From Welwitschia mirabilis (taxonomy: Eukaryota): 34,827 nucleotides of DNA. The translations under genes and the position numbers were made by a program. The notes beneath the pieces are model-generated. The model saw only the letters and a list, made by a program, of their open reading frames with translations. It made no database searches and was not told where the DNA came from. Numbering within the stretch: position 1 is the first letter of the stretch; every line of letters begins with the position of its first letter. The DNA lies in assembly GCA_051453625.1 (NCBI GenBank), contig JBOZIK010000001.1:4480280-4515106 (forward strand), given 5' to 3'. Below, in pieces: positions 11,075-22,668 of the stretch.

Positions 11075-12370
11075 TTCCCTTATCATTACATGATGAACTT
11101 AATCTAGGCAACTAGCTCAGGTATAGGGGAAGAAGAAGAGGGATGCCTAGGATTAGTAAGGAAATAAAGGTCCAAAGATATAGAAATGAAATGAATCATC
11201 TCGTCACCCTAGATACATACAACCTTCGAGATATCTACTATCATACTCTGCTGAATAAAAAAACATGCTAGCACATGTCAATAATCTAATTCTTAGAGTG
11301 TTGGACTCTCCTCTCAACAGTTAGGATCCTCTGCTCCAATGTCTACATCCTCTGATTGAAAGCCTGAATCCTCTGGTCTAAGGTTTGGATATCACAATTT
11401 ATGAAACCTCTAATGGTCTTGGTGGTTTCTGCAAGGAGGGCCTATATCTGCTCAAGTGTAACCCTATGTGTAGGTCTCTGTACCTAAGGTCGCTGTACCT
11501 CTCCTACTACCTATATGTCCATGTCCTATAAATAGCAAGTTGAAGTTTGGATATAAGATAAACACTACTTACCCATGGGATATGGTATTCCAATTCATCT
11601 AAAAAGAGCTAAGACAAGGTGTGGGTAACCCAGAGTCTGTAGTTATTATGCTTTAACCATGGAGCTGAGTCTCCTTCAAATGAATATCAATAGGTCCATC
11701 TACTCTCTCTATCTGAAAGCTACCAGTATCTATAAGTGTGTAACCATCACATAACTATCATAAAATGATGGATTGGTGTTATGGATCAACCTTGTGTGAA
11801 GCACTCTATATGCATGGGTCAATTATGTGACAAGAACTCCCTAATTATCTGTCGTCAGATCCACTGGAATATCTATTGCAGAGCCATATGCATGATGTGC
11901 CTTAGTCCCTCCAGCTGAATAAATATAAAGACTTCCAAGCCCATTAAGATCTATGATTACTATAATGTGGGATGGAAGGAACACAATCTTATGGTTGTAA
12001 ATGTAAACTATAATCATATCCACTAGCTGATCATGAGCATTTGGCTAATGCTTTATATGCATGGTGTCATGAAAATTCCTTGTCTTTAAGACATAATATA
12101 ACTCATGCACATCTGTAATCCATCTAAGCTAGAGATCCATGAGTCTCTAATCAAACTCAGGCTTTATGCAGCTCATGAAATCTCTAAAGTATCTCTTGGC
12201 ATGAATACTAGTTGTCTGTATTATCAAGGAGCATCCATGTCGAGGTGGTAGATGAATCGACTCCACATGCTCTACCACTGGTGGCACTAACAGATTTGCC
12301 TCCTACTCTACAGCTTTGGCCTCAGCCTATGCCTATCTAGATCTATGTGTATGAGGCCTACTCAATCAAA
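11075..12370 (-). pseudogene. Env-like / Transposase_32-type accessory ORF, copy 1 (decayed)
   Basis: Includes track ORF 11841-12023 (MDMIIVYIYNHKIVFLPSH...AYGSAIDIPVDLTT), plus TREFHDTM-like and LGYPHLVLALFR segments; collinear with copy 2. Confidence 0.75.
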
Positions 12371-13979
12371 AATACATAAAAAACATCATGCAAGAATGGT
12401 AAATACATCAAATATGTCACATGGATGCACAATAATGACCCTTAGAATCGATAAAAAATAATTAAGAAAAGGATGAAAATATGTCCTAAGCTCCCTAAAA
12501 ATTACAATATGTCCTGGATCACCTAAACATGAGAAGAAAAATGCAAAACATGTGAAAACCAAAAAAGCAATGTTTTAAGTGGGCCCCACATATGATAAAG
12601 ATTCAAAATGCTTAAATAAAAAATTTAATCTAGTACAACTGTAGAAAACATCAAACTAATCAATTTTGCCTAAAGAACCACTATGTTTCGACCTATAGTT
12701 TACGAGAAAAGGAGTGTGAAAGATGAAAAATTAAAAACTCCTCATAAAACGTACAATTGATCATAACTTGCAAAATACACAGTAAAATTCAAATCTGTAA
12801 GTTGCAAATTAAAGAGTGTGAAAAAATGATAAATATATGTGAACACTATGTATCGAAGGCCTGAAAAATAGAAGAAAAAATTGAAAAACAAGAAGGAGAG
12901 AAAAACATACCTCATTTTGACAAATTTGATCAAATTTCTGAAATCTAGATATGAAATTAAGTGGAACAAGATCCAAGATGCTAGCAAGATCCAAAGGAGT
13001 CATTGTCTCTTAAAGAGATGGATAAAAATAATAAATAAATTAAGTAAAATTAAGAAAAAGGATTTGGATTACTATTTTATCAGACTGTCATCTAGATGAT
13101 ATCCCTAGGATGACTCTTAGAAAAAATTAGACTATTGTCCCCCTGATGTCATCTAGATGATTAAGTGGATGATGAGACATGAAAAAGTTTAAGAAAAATA
13201 AAGATGTCAACCAAACCATTCAGATGATGTGATCAGAGGACAGTGTAATAAAACCATGNNNNNNNNNNNNNNNNNNATATAATTAGGCTCAGATATAATC
13301 ATCAAAGTATCATATTTTATTTGAAAACTTGGGAAAATAGGAAATATGAAAGAAAACCAAGAAAATTGGGATGAAGTTAAAAAATTTAAAACAAAAGAAA
13401 AACTATGATTAAAGAAAATGAACTAACTAGGATAAAACCTATCAATAGAAATTAAATAAATGTGCCCGAATCAAAAAGTAAAACAAAAGAAAGCACAAAA
13501 TCCAAAAGTTACATGAAATCTCATAAAAGCNNNNNNNNNNNNNNNNNNNNNNNNNNNNNNNNNNNNNNNNNNNNNNNNNNNNNNNNNNNNNNNNNNNNNN
13601 NNNNNNNNNNNNNNNNNNNNNNNNNNNNNNACACAAGACTTGCATAAGCTCAGCAGTCGGTCATCCAGTTCATCATCTAGCCAATGGAAGAGATGACAGG
13701 CTTAGGAAAAAGCTTTGAAATTTAGAACCTCTGATAAAATTTTATTTTTTATAGATAATCAGTTAAATATAATAAATAGTCCCCACTAAAATAAACAATC
13801 AAGAATGAAAAATTTACCCAAGTACAAATAAATCCTCATCATAAGAGTCAAAAGATAATTATGTAAAATTAGAAAGAAATGAATACATCATGCTGGAAAA
13901 ATGATATGTTCACATAACATCAGAAGAGATTTTTTAGTATAAAAAGTATAAAATGGGAGATACAAAAAATAGTGCAAAT

Positions 13980-15270
13980 CACTCCCCTCGTCTACGCATG
14001 ATGAACTGTGGCTCAGCAGTTGACTCAGGAGTAGGGGGAGAAGAAGGAGGATGCTCAGGATTTGTAGGGAGACGAACGTCTAGAGATGTGATGATAGATC
14101 TGACTGTCTCATCATCCTAGACGTGAAACAACTCAGGAATGTCTACAGTTACACTCTACTGAATAAAAACAATGCATTGGCACATGTCCACCATCTGGTC
14201 CTCTATGTGTTGTACTTTCCTCTCAATGGATAGGATCCGCTGCTCAACTATCTGCTCAACAGTCCAGATCCTCTGATCAAGTGCTTGGATACCTATATCC
14301 ATGAAACCTTTGATGGCCTCAGTGGTATCAAACAAGAGAGTCTGAATCTTCTTTAGAGAAGCTCTAACTGCAGGTCTCTATACCTGAGGTTTCTCTGCCT
14401 CTCCTGGCACTTGTATATCCATGTCCTGTAGGTAGCAAGTAGATGTATGAATGTGTGCGATGCGTTGCTCACCCATGGACTCCGGTATCCCAAAAGATCT
14501 AAAAAGAGCTGAGAAAAGACATGGATAACCAAGTTTCTGTAAGTGTTGTGCCTCTATCATGGACCTAAGTCTCTTTCAGATAAAAGTAGGTAAGTCCATC
14601 TGCTCCTCCTAATGAAAAGCTGCAAGAATCTGTAGATGTGCCACCATAGCATGACTGTCATGAAATGATGAAATGATGTTATAAATCATTTCTTTATGTA
14701 AAACTCTATAAACAAGGGTCAGTTGAGTAACATTTACCCCTCTTCGATTGGTAGTCAGGTTAGCTGGTATGTCTAAAATGGCGCCGTAAGCTCAATGCTT
14801 CTCTATCCCACTAGTTAAATGGATGTGCATACTCCCAAGTCCTCCAAGATATGTAATAACTGCCATGTGGTATTGAAGTATGGCTATCTCATGGTCTTGT
14901 ATGAAGGCGATGATCATGTTCTGAAGCTAACCACGAGTATCAGGTCGCCTCTCTATATGCATGGTATCGTAGAACTCTCTTGTCTTTAATGCATAATAAA
15001 AACCATGCACATCCGTGATTCAATGAAGCCATAAATCTTTCAATCTCTGATCTACCTTAGGCTTTGTAAAGTGCATGAAGTCTCTAAAATATCATTCAAC
15101 ATGAATATTAGCAGTCTGTATACTCAAGTATCGACTGTATCAAGGTGGTGGATGTGCAGGCTCCGCACACTCTATCTCTAGCTCCATTAAAAGGCTTGCC
15201 TCCTACTCTATAGGCTTAGCCTCAGCCTCAACCTATTTAACTCTACATATACGGGGCTTGCTCAATCAAA
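13980..15270 (-). pseudogene. Env-like / Transposase_32-type accessory ORF, copy 2 (decayed)
   Basis: Hand translation gives FYYALKTREFYDTM (like Y..LVREFY), LGYPCLFSALFRSFGIP (like LPYPxLITxLCxxxGV), then a coiled-coil-like stretch (ALDQRIWTVEQIVEQRILSIERKVQHIEDQM) and a Pro-rich tail. Same sense as pol, between INT and the 3' LTR. Confidence 0.8.
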
Positions 15271-17489
15271 AACATGAAAATCATCATGTGGAAACAAATA
15301 AACAAGTTAAAATATTGCATGGATGTGCAATAACAACCCTTGAAATCATCGAAAAATTAGCAAAAGTATTGAAAATATGTGCTAACCCCCCCCCAAAAAA
15401 AGATGCAATGCATCCCAAATTGCTAAACATGAGAGAAAAATGAATAAAATCATGAAAAGTGCAAAACTAGATTTTTAGTGGGCCCCACATGAAGTGAAAA
15501 TTTAAAGTGCTCAAAAAAAAAAATCTAATTTGGTAAAGTTGTAAAACACATCGAACTGATTAATTTTTCCTAAAGGATCACTACATTTTAACCTATGGTT
15601 TACGAGAAAACAAGTGTGAAATGTGAAAAACCTAAAAGTACCTCGTAATGTGTAAAAATGATCATAACTTGAAAAATACATGGTGAAATTTAAATCCGCA
15701 AGTCCCAAAATGAAGAGCATAAAAAAATGAATGATATACATGAAAATCACACATCAAAAGATTAAAAAACAAGAGAAAAAGTGAAAAATAGGAGGAGAAA
15801 GGAACAGACCTCATTTTTATAAATTTGATGAAAACTTGCGAATTGGCAACGAAACTGAGTGGAACAAGTTCTAGAATGCTGGTGCTAGACAGAGGAGTCA
15901 ACATCTCTCAAAAGAATGGAGGACAATGATAAGAAAATGAGAGAAAATGAGAAAAAAGGGTTTGAATCATGGTTTTGTTGCACTGTCATTTGGTCGTGTC
16001 GTCTAGATGACAACCTAGAATGACTCAAAGAAACAATCAGACCGTTATCCTTTCAGTGTCATCTAGATGACTAGGTGGATGACAAGGCGTCTAAAAGATT
16101 TTTAAAAAAAAAAGGTCAGCTAGAAAGTTAGGCTCAAATATGATAATTTAAGGGATAGTTCTGAAAAGAAAAAGACAAAAAGACAGAAACTCACACAGAA
16201 AACCAAGAAAATCAAAAAAACCAAAGGAAAAAGGATAAATACATAAGAAAAGAAAAAACTATGGCTAAAAAAATAGACTATCTAAGTTGAAACTTGCAAG
16301 AAAAAAACTCCATGAATGTGCCTGAATAGAAAATGAAAGCAAGGGAAACTCAAAACTCGATAACCTACAAGGGAACTCATTAAAACTTTGGAATGAAAAG
16401 ATGTTTTTTGTAAAATTTTTCAAATGCTCTTTTAAAAAAATGATTTAACATGACCAAATAGTAAGGAAACTACTAAATGATTAAGGTCTTATGAAATAAT
16501 AAGAAAATATGGAAATGACTTTAAAACCCTAAATTTAAAAACCGAAGAAAAATAGAGTGAAAAGGGACATAAGAAATAAGGATAAGATTGTTTACCTATC
16601 CTAAGTACTCACTTGAGTAAATATGTATGACAAAATGTATTGACTTCATAAAGTTCACTCAAAAAGGCAGTGGTTATGGAAATAATCAAAGGTTCAAGTG
16701 TATAGAACAATAAATTTCAAGATCAAAAATTACTTAGAAATGTACTCACCTACTCTCAAACTCATCCGAATCTCCAAAAGTGAAATGATTAAGTGGGAAT
16801 ACTAAGAGTCTAGGAAATAAGCAATATCTCTGAGGATACCAAGAACAAGACTAATCCCTAACCTTAAAGTTTATTTCTTTTTCCATGATGACGGGACTAC
16901 AACCACTATCAGAGAAGTAAGGAGCCGCGAAGCATGGCTAATTGACCCCCTAATAGAGTTTCCACAGCTACCAACACTGTCAAAGGTTTCTTTTAGAAAT
17001 ATTTACCTTGGTGCGGTAGAACATCATAGTTACCATGTATTTTTCTTTTAAACCACAAGCTCATGGACATTATTTCTCTTCTTTTTTCTTTTTCTATTTT
17101 TTTTTTGAAATTCCCACATGATCACACACTCAAAAAAGATGAAGGTGAATAAGTGAGATAAAACACAGAAAAGAACACTCCCAAACAACCTAAGGCTTTA
17201 ATACTATTGAAAAAAAAACAAAAAACTAAGGCATCTTCCTTCAAACGAATTCCATAGACATGAGCATGTCTCAAGATTGGGTGAATCCAACCTTACCACT
17301 TGTAAATACCCAAGTATAAAACTAATCATAAAACTTCATAAAGTAATACATAAGTCAAGTGTGAAATATGATCATATAACATTATAATATTTAACCAAAG
17401 GAGTAGGCTAAAAAAGAACTCAGACAACAATGAGGAGGAGGTCCTCTTCACCGAGGAAACCCTTCAAAACAAGCACTTATACTATGTTT

Positions 17490-20400
17490 ACGGTTGCATC
17501 TAAAGATTCCTCATATAATTTCAACCATTGCTCATTAACCTTCTGAATCTCAGTCTAAAATTTCAACTGAGCCATTAAGATGTAATTTCTCTACAATATA
17601 AGGACTTAACTATTTAGAGGTTAACTTGTTATTCAAAAGATGAACTTTAGTGTTATATAATAAGCCAATTTGATCGGGTTCAAACTTTTTATGAAAAATC
17701 TTTTTCATATTTGGACTTTGCTTAGTCTTTATGGATTAATTGACGATGTATGGCACAAGTTCTTTTTTCATTAAGATGATCTAACTGGGCTAATCTATAT
17801 TTAAGATTTTCATCAAAATCCACAAGATTCAGTTGATGGGATGCATAATAAGAATTGTAACATATATCAATCGGTAAAACACAAACTTTATCGTATATAA
17901 GTTCATAAAATGAAAAACTAAGAGAAGTACATTAAGTAGTATGGTAAGCCCAAAGTACATCATTAAGTCTAGAAGCCTAAGACTTTTTATTAATAGAGAT
18001 AAATTTTTATAACATTTTCTTTATTTCTTTGTTGGCATTTTCAGCCTGTCCATTAGTTTGAGGATGATAAGCACAAGTGAATCTATGTTTTATACCATGG
18101 ACAAAAGAAGTTTCTTAAAAATTTAATTAATGAAATAAGTACCATGATCATTAATGATAACTCTAAAAAATCAAATCTTTGAAACATATGAGTTCTAAGA
18201 AAATGATAGATAGTTCAGACATCATTCAAGAAGTAGATATGGATTTAACCCATTTAATCACGTAATTCATAGCCCCTAAAATGTAATGCTTATTAGAAGA
18301 AGGTGAATGAATAGGGCCTATGAAATCATACCCAAATAATCAAAGGTTCATACTCAAGAATAGGTCTAAGGGGTATTTCCTATGGATGAATAAGGCTACT
18401 ATAATACTGATAAGGATCACACCTTTTTGCAAAATCAAAAGAATCATAAAAAAGAGAAGGCTAATAAAAACTAGAATGGAGGATTTTCATCATAGTTTTA
18501 TGTTCACTAAATTATCCTCTACAAATGCCACTATGACAAAGATGAAAGATCTCAGGTATCTCTCAATTAGGCACATATTTTCTCATGATTTGATCTTTAC
18601 ACCTATGGTACAAATGTGGCTCTATCAACTTATACTAATCTATCCTATAGAAAAAATATTTACATTAGTTATATGTCTAATGTTTTAATGTTTTTATGGT
18701 TACAAGATAGTTAACAATATCGACATACTACGGAGGATGATGAGAAGAAGAAACAATGAAAAGTTGCTCATTAGGAAATGAATCATCAATGATATAATCA
18801 TTTAGAGGAGAAGGAAGTTGAGATAAGTGATTATTAACATAGCTATGCTTTCCTGATTTATCTATGATGGTCAAGTTAAAATCTTGCATAAGAAAGATTC
18901 ATCTAATCAAATATAGACTAGAATCTTTCTTGGTTATGAGGTAATGAATAGCAATATGATTGATGTAAACATTAGTATAAAAGCCCAAAAGATAATGTCT
19001 AAGAGAATCAAAGAAAAAAATAATGGCTAGCATCTCTTTTTCTATAGTGGTATAGTTCATTTGAGCTATAGATAAAGATTTTCTATGGTAAGATATAACT
19101 TTGAAATCATTCTCATATTTCTGACAAGAAACCTCATTCATAGCAAAGTTACTCGCATCACATATAAGCTCAAAATCAAGTTCCCAATTAGGTCTTATTA
19201 CTATAAGAGAATAAGATAATTTATGTTTAAGCCTATCAAAAGCAATTTGGCAAGATTCATTCCATTAAAATTTGGCTTCTTTCTCTAGTAACAAGTGAAG
19301 GGTTTTATAAATAGTAGCATAATCATAAATGAATCAATGGTAAAAACCACAATGACCAAGAAAAGACTGAATATGTTTAACATTTGTAGGGGAACTTAGG
19401 TTTTGAATGATACTAATTTTATAAGCATCTATTCTAATCCCCTCCTGAGAGGTATTGTGACTTAAAACAATGCCACTTTCTACCAAAAAAGACTCTTTTC
19501 CCAACTTAAGTGGAGGCTACTAGAAATGCAACAGTCTAAGACTTTCTCTAAATAATCTAAGATTTGTTCAAAAGTTTCATCATAAATAGAGAAGTCATTC
19601 ATAAAAATCTTAATAAAATCCTCAAACATATTAGAAAAGATACCTAATACAACACGCTGAAAAGTACCAAGAGCATTACAAAGTCCAAAAGGCATGCATC
19701 TAAAAGCAAAATTACTAAAAGTTGAAGTAAAAGTGGTTTTGGCTTGGTCCTCATTAGCAATGCAAACCTGGTTGTAACTACCACAACCATCAAGGAAATA
19801 GTAAATCACATGACCTTAAATCCTATCAAGAATTTGATTAAGAAAAGGCAAAGGACATTAGTCTTTTTCGATTAATTCATTGAGTTTCTGAAAGTTTATG
19901 CACATTCTTCATTTCCCACCCTTTTTTAGAACTATTATGAAGGGGCTAATCCACTTACTATCAGCAATGAAGTAACTGATTCCAACATCCATTAATTTAA
20001 TGATTTCATCTTTTATAATTTATTTAATAGTTGGATTTAATCTACATTGGGGTCGCTTCACAGGTTTATGATTTTCTTTAAGATAGATTTTATGTTTTAT
20101 AATAGAAGTGAGTATGGCTATCAAATTGTTATAGAACCAAGCAAATGCATTTACCTTAGATTGCAAAAGAGAGATGAGACTCAATTCTTGTTAAGGAATA
20201 AATTTTTTATTAATAATTAAGGGTTTATTCAAGTTACTATTCAAGAAAATGTATTTCAGTCCACTGTTTAAAGGTTTCAGGTTTAGGTTTAAGATCAGAT
20301 TTTTAGTTTCTACAAAATTTGCAAGATAACAGATTGTCATCTTAGACTATCATCTAGATGGCAGTGGTGGATGACTACTCTTAAAATAAGAAATCTCAGG

Positions 20401-22568
20401 TCTACTAAATTCTCAAACTTCTGCACAATTGATAGAATCAGATTCTTTACTCTCCAGATCAGAAAACTTAGTTGTCAAAAGGTTAAACTTAAGTTGATTA
20501 TTAAAAACATTCAAGTAGTCTACTTCCAATTTATTATCAAACAGAGTTGGTTCGTAAAGCATGGACCATCTTGCCTTAAGTGGATGGTGCTGCAAAAATA
20601 GAGTTTGATCTAATTTATTCCTCCATACTCAAATCGTTAGCTAAATCTTTTTTGCCACCTAAAAAACTCTTATTGAAAACTATTTATTTCTAAATGACAC
20701 TTCATTAATTTAGTTCTTATATCTATGATACAATGGGATGTTGTATAGAAAGCTCTACCTAGAAGTAAGTGATATCCACTATGGTGCTTAACTTTTAAAA
20801 CAACAACATTAATGAGGTAGAAGTCTTATTCTATTTAAATGATAAAGTCCTTGATCACACTTAATAATTTCTTCATAAAAGTATCAGCTAACTCTAAGAT
20901 AATCCACGTATGTTCTATTCTTTCTTCTAAACCAAGTCTTTGACAAATGTGCAAGGGCATGATGTTGATACTAGCTCCAATTTATTAAAGCTTTCTTTAT
21001 CCTACAGTTTTGTTCTAAAGTGATACTCATAATTATCGCCCTTGGATCTTTAAACTTTGGACATTTTTGACAAACTAAATTACTAACGGATTGAGCTAGG
21101 AAGACTTTGCTAGGGATGGTTCATTTTTATTTTCTTCTTATTAAGTCTTTTCATAGCTTATAATACCTTGGGTATTTTTGCAAAACTTTCCAAAATGACA
21201 AATTAATACTTACATTCTACATTAAAGCTTTTAGATGATCATTAAAAACAGGATTTGTGTTAAGCCTATCAAGCCATAGGGTAGCAAGTTTTTTTGTGAA
21301 GAGTCTGTTAAGCCTATCAAGCCATGGGGTAGCAAGTTTTTGTGAAGAGTCTTTCTTTTTATTGCTTAATAAATAAGAAAAAGAATGATTTTCTAAGATT
21401 TCCATGTCCTCTCATTCATCATTCTTGTCACTTTGTGATGTTGAAGTCTTATGGATAGGAGGAGATGTATCATTTCCACTTCTTGTCACCGACTTACAAT
21501 CTTTTTTTACTTTGTTTGGATTTAGTAAAGGTTGAGTGATAAGAGACCTTTGTGGTCTTTTGTTGGCAAGCATAGTTTATTATAGGATACTCACAAGGTT
21601 TTCTATGTTGATGTTTTTGTTTTTAATATTTGAGTTGGTCTTCTCTTATGATTTTCTCAACTCCTCAATGGAATTCCTAAGAGGATCACTATGGTTTTAG
21701 GAGTTGGATGAGCTTGCCAAGTTGTTTAATTACTAGATGAAAAGTTTGAGTTCTTAAATCTATTCTTGAAAGGTTAGAATTTAGGATTATTTGTTTGAAA
21801 ATTTCTAGAGTTGGGTTATTCACTCATTCTATGTTGAAAGTTGTTGTGATTTTGGACTTGTCTTTGATTTTGATTTTGGTGGTAGTTTGAAGATCTCTAG
21901 TTAAAGGAATAAGCTTCTTCATAGATTTTCTCTTTTTAAGTTAGAATCAAGGGACATTCTTTAGTAACATGATAACTATCCTCACACAATTATAGGTAAG
22001 AACTACAACTTCACTCTTCTCAGTTTTCACCTTAGCATAAAAAATGATTTGAGTATATTTTTCTAAGGTAAAGATGAAATTCTTTATAAGATAGTTGGTT
22101 TATTTTTGGTTCTTGTTTCATTTTTTCCATGTTTTACCTCCTTTAGATCTTTAATTATTTAGCCTACATATTAGTTTTCTCTAGGTGAGGGTTTAGGTCA
22201 TGTTTGACTCACTTTTACCAAATCTTCCAATACTTTCAAAGCATCATATAATGTTTGGTTCAATAAATTGCCTCTGCACAAAAAATCTACAAGTGACTTT
22301 ATGTGACTATTTAATCCACTATAAAAATAGTCAACAAGTTCTACATATGAAAAGGCATCTATAGGCTTTGAATGTAAAGTAATAAAGAATCTCTTATAGG
22401 CAGAAGCATAATCTTCGTTAGGAATTTGTTGAAAGTTGGCGAATTCTTTTTTATGTTTTTGGATGGTAGTTTCACTCATAAATCTCTTAATAAAGGCTAC
22501 TCCAAGATTTTAAACTTTTGTGGGGACTCATTCTAAGCCATAATTTTGCTTTATCTTTTAAAGTAATG
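17490..22568 (-). pseudogene. Athila-like gag-pol, copy 1 (decayed)
   Basis: Gag (track ORF 22198-22479), Zn-knuckle relic ~21955-21995, TRSG ~21480, IGASINIMP ~20980-20955 (protease), MPFGLCNALGTFQR and IFMNDFSI (RT, 19480-19809), NYTTIEKEMLAI (RNase H), AYHPQTNGQ ~18072-18046 and KVNEQWLKLY ~17545-17515 (integrase). Confidence 0.95.
21258..21351. repeat. ~48-bp tandem duplication in gag-pol copy 1
   Basis: tgttaagcctatcaagccat(a/g)gggtagcaag...tgtgaagagtc occurs twice; the homologous site in copy 2 (~26218-26265) has a single copy. Confidence 0.9.
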
Positions 22569-22668
22569 NNNNNNNNNNNNNNNNNNNNNNNNNNNNNNNN
22601 NNNNNNNNNNNNNNNNNNNNNNNNNNNNNNNNNNNNNNNNNNNNNNNNNNNNNNNNNNNNNNNNNNNN

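Larger units (their letters stand above)
9486..22568 (-). mobile_element. Athila-like Ty3/gypsy LTR retrotransposon (element A; may be a composite of two elements across the 13531-13630 gap)
   Basis: Minus-strand order gag-PR-RT-RH-INT, long 3' region with env-like ORF(s), PPT, LTR. The 5' LTR and PBS are not present before the N gap at 22569. Confidence 0.85.

Noticed and set aside
12742-13099. Hydrophobic or Lys-rich short ORFs (also 15511-15904) as membrane proteins
   Set aside because: Low-complexity A/T-rich noncoding leader of the env-like units; ORF boundaries do not match between the two copies.
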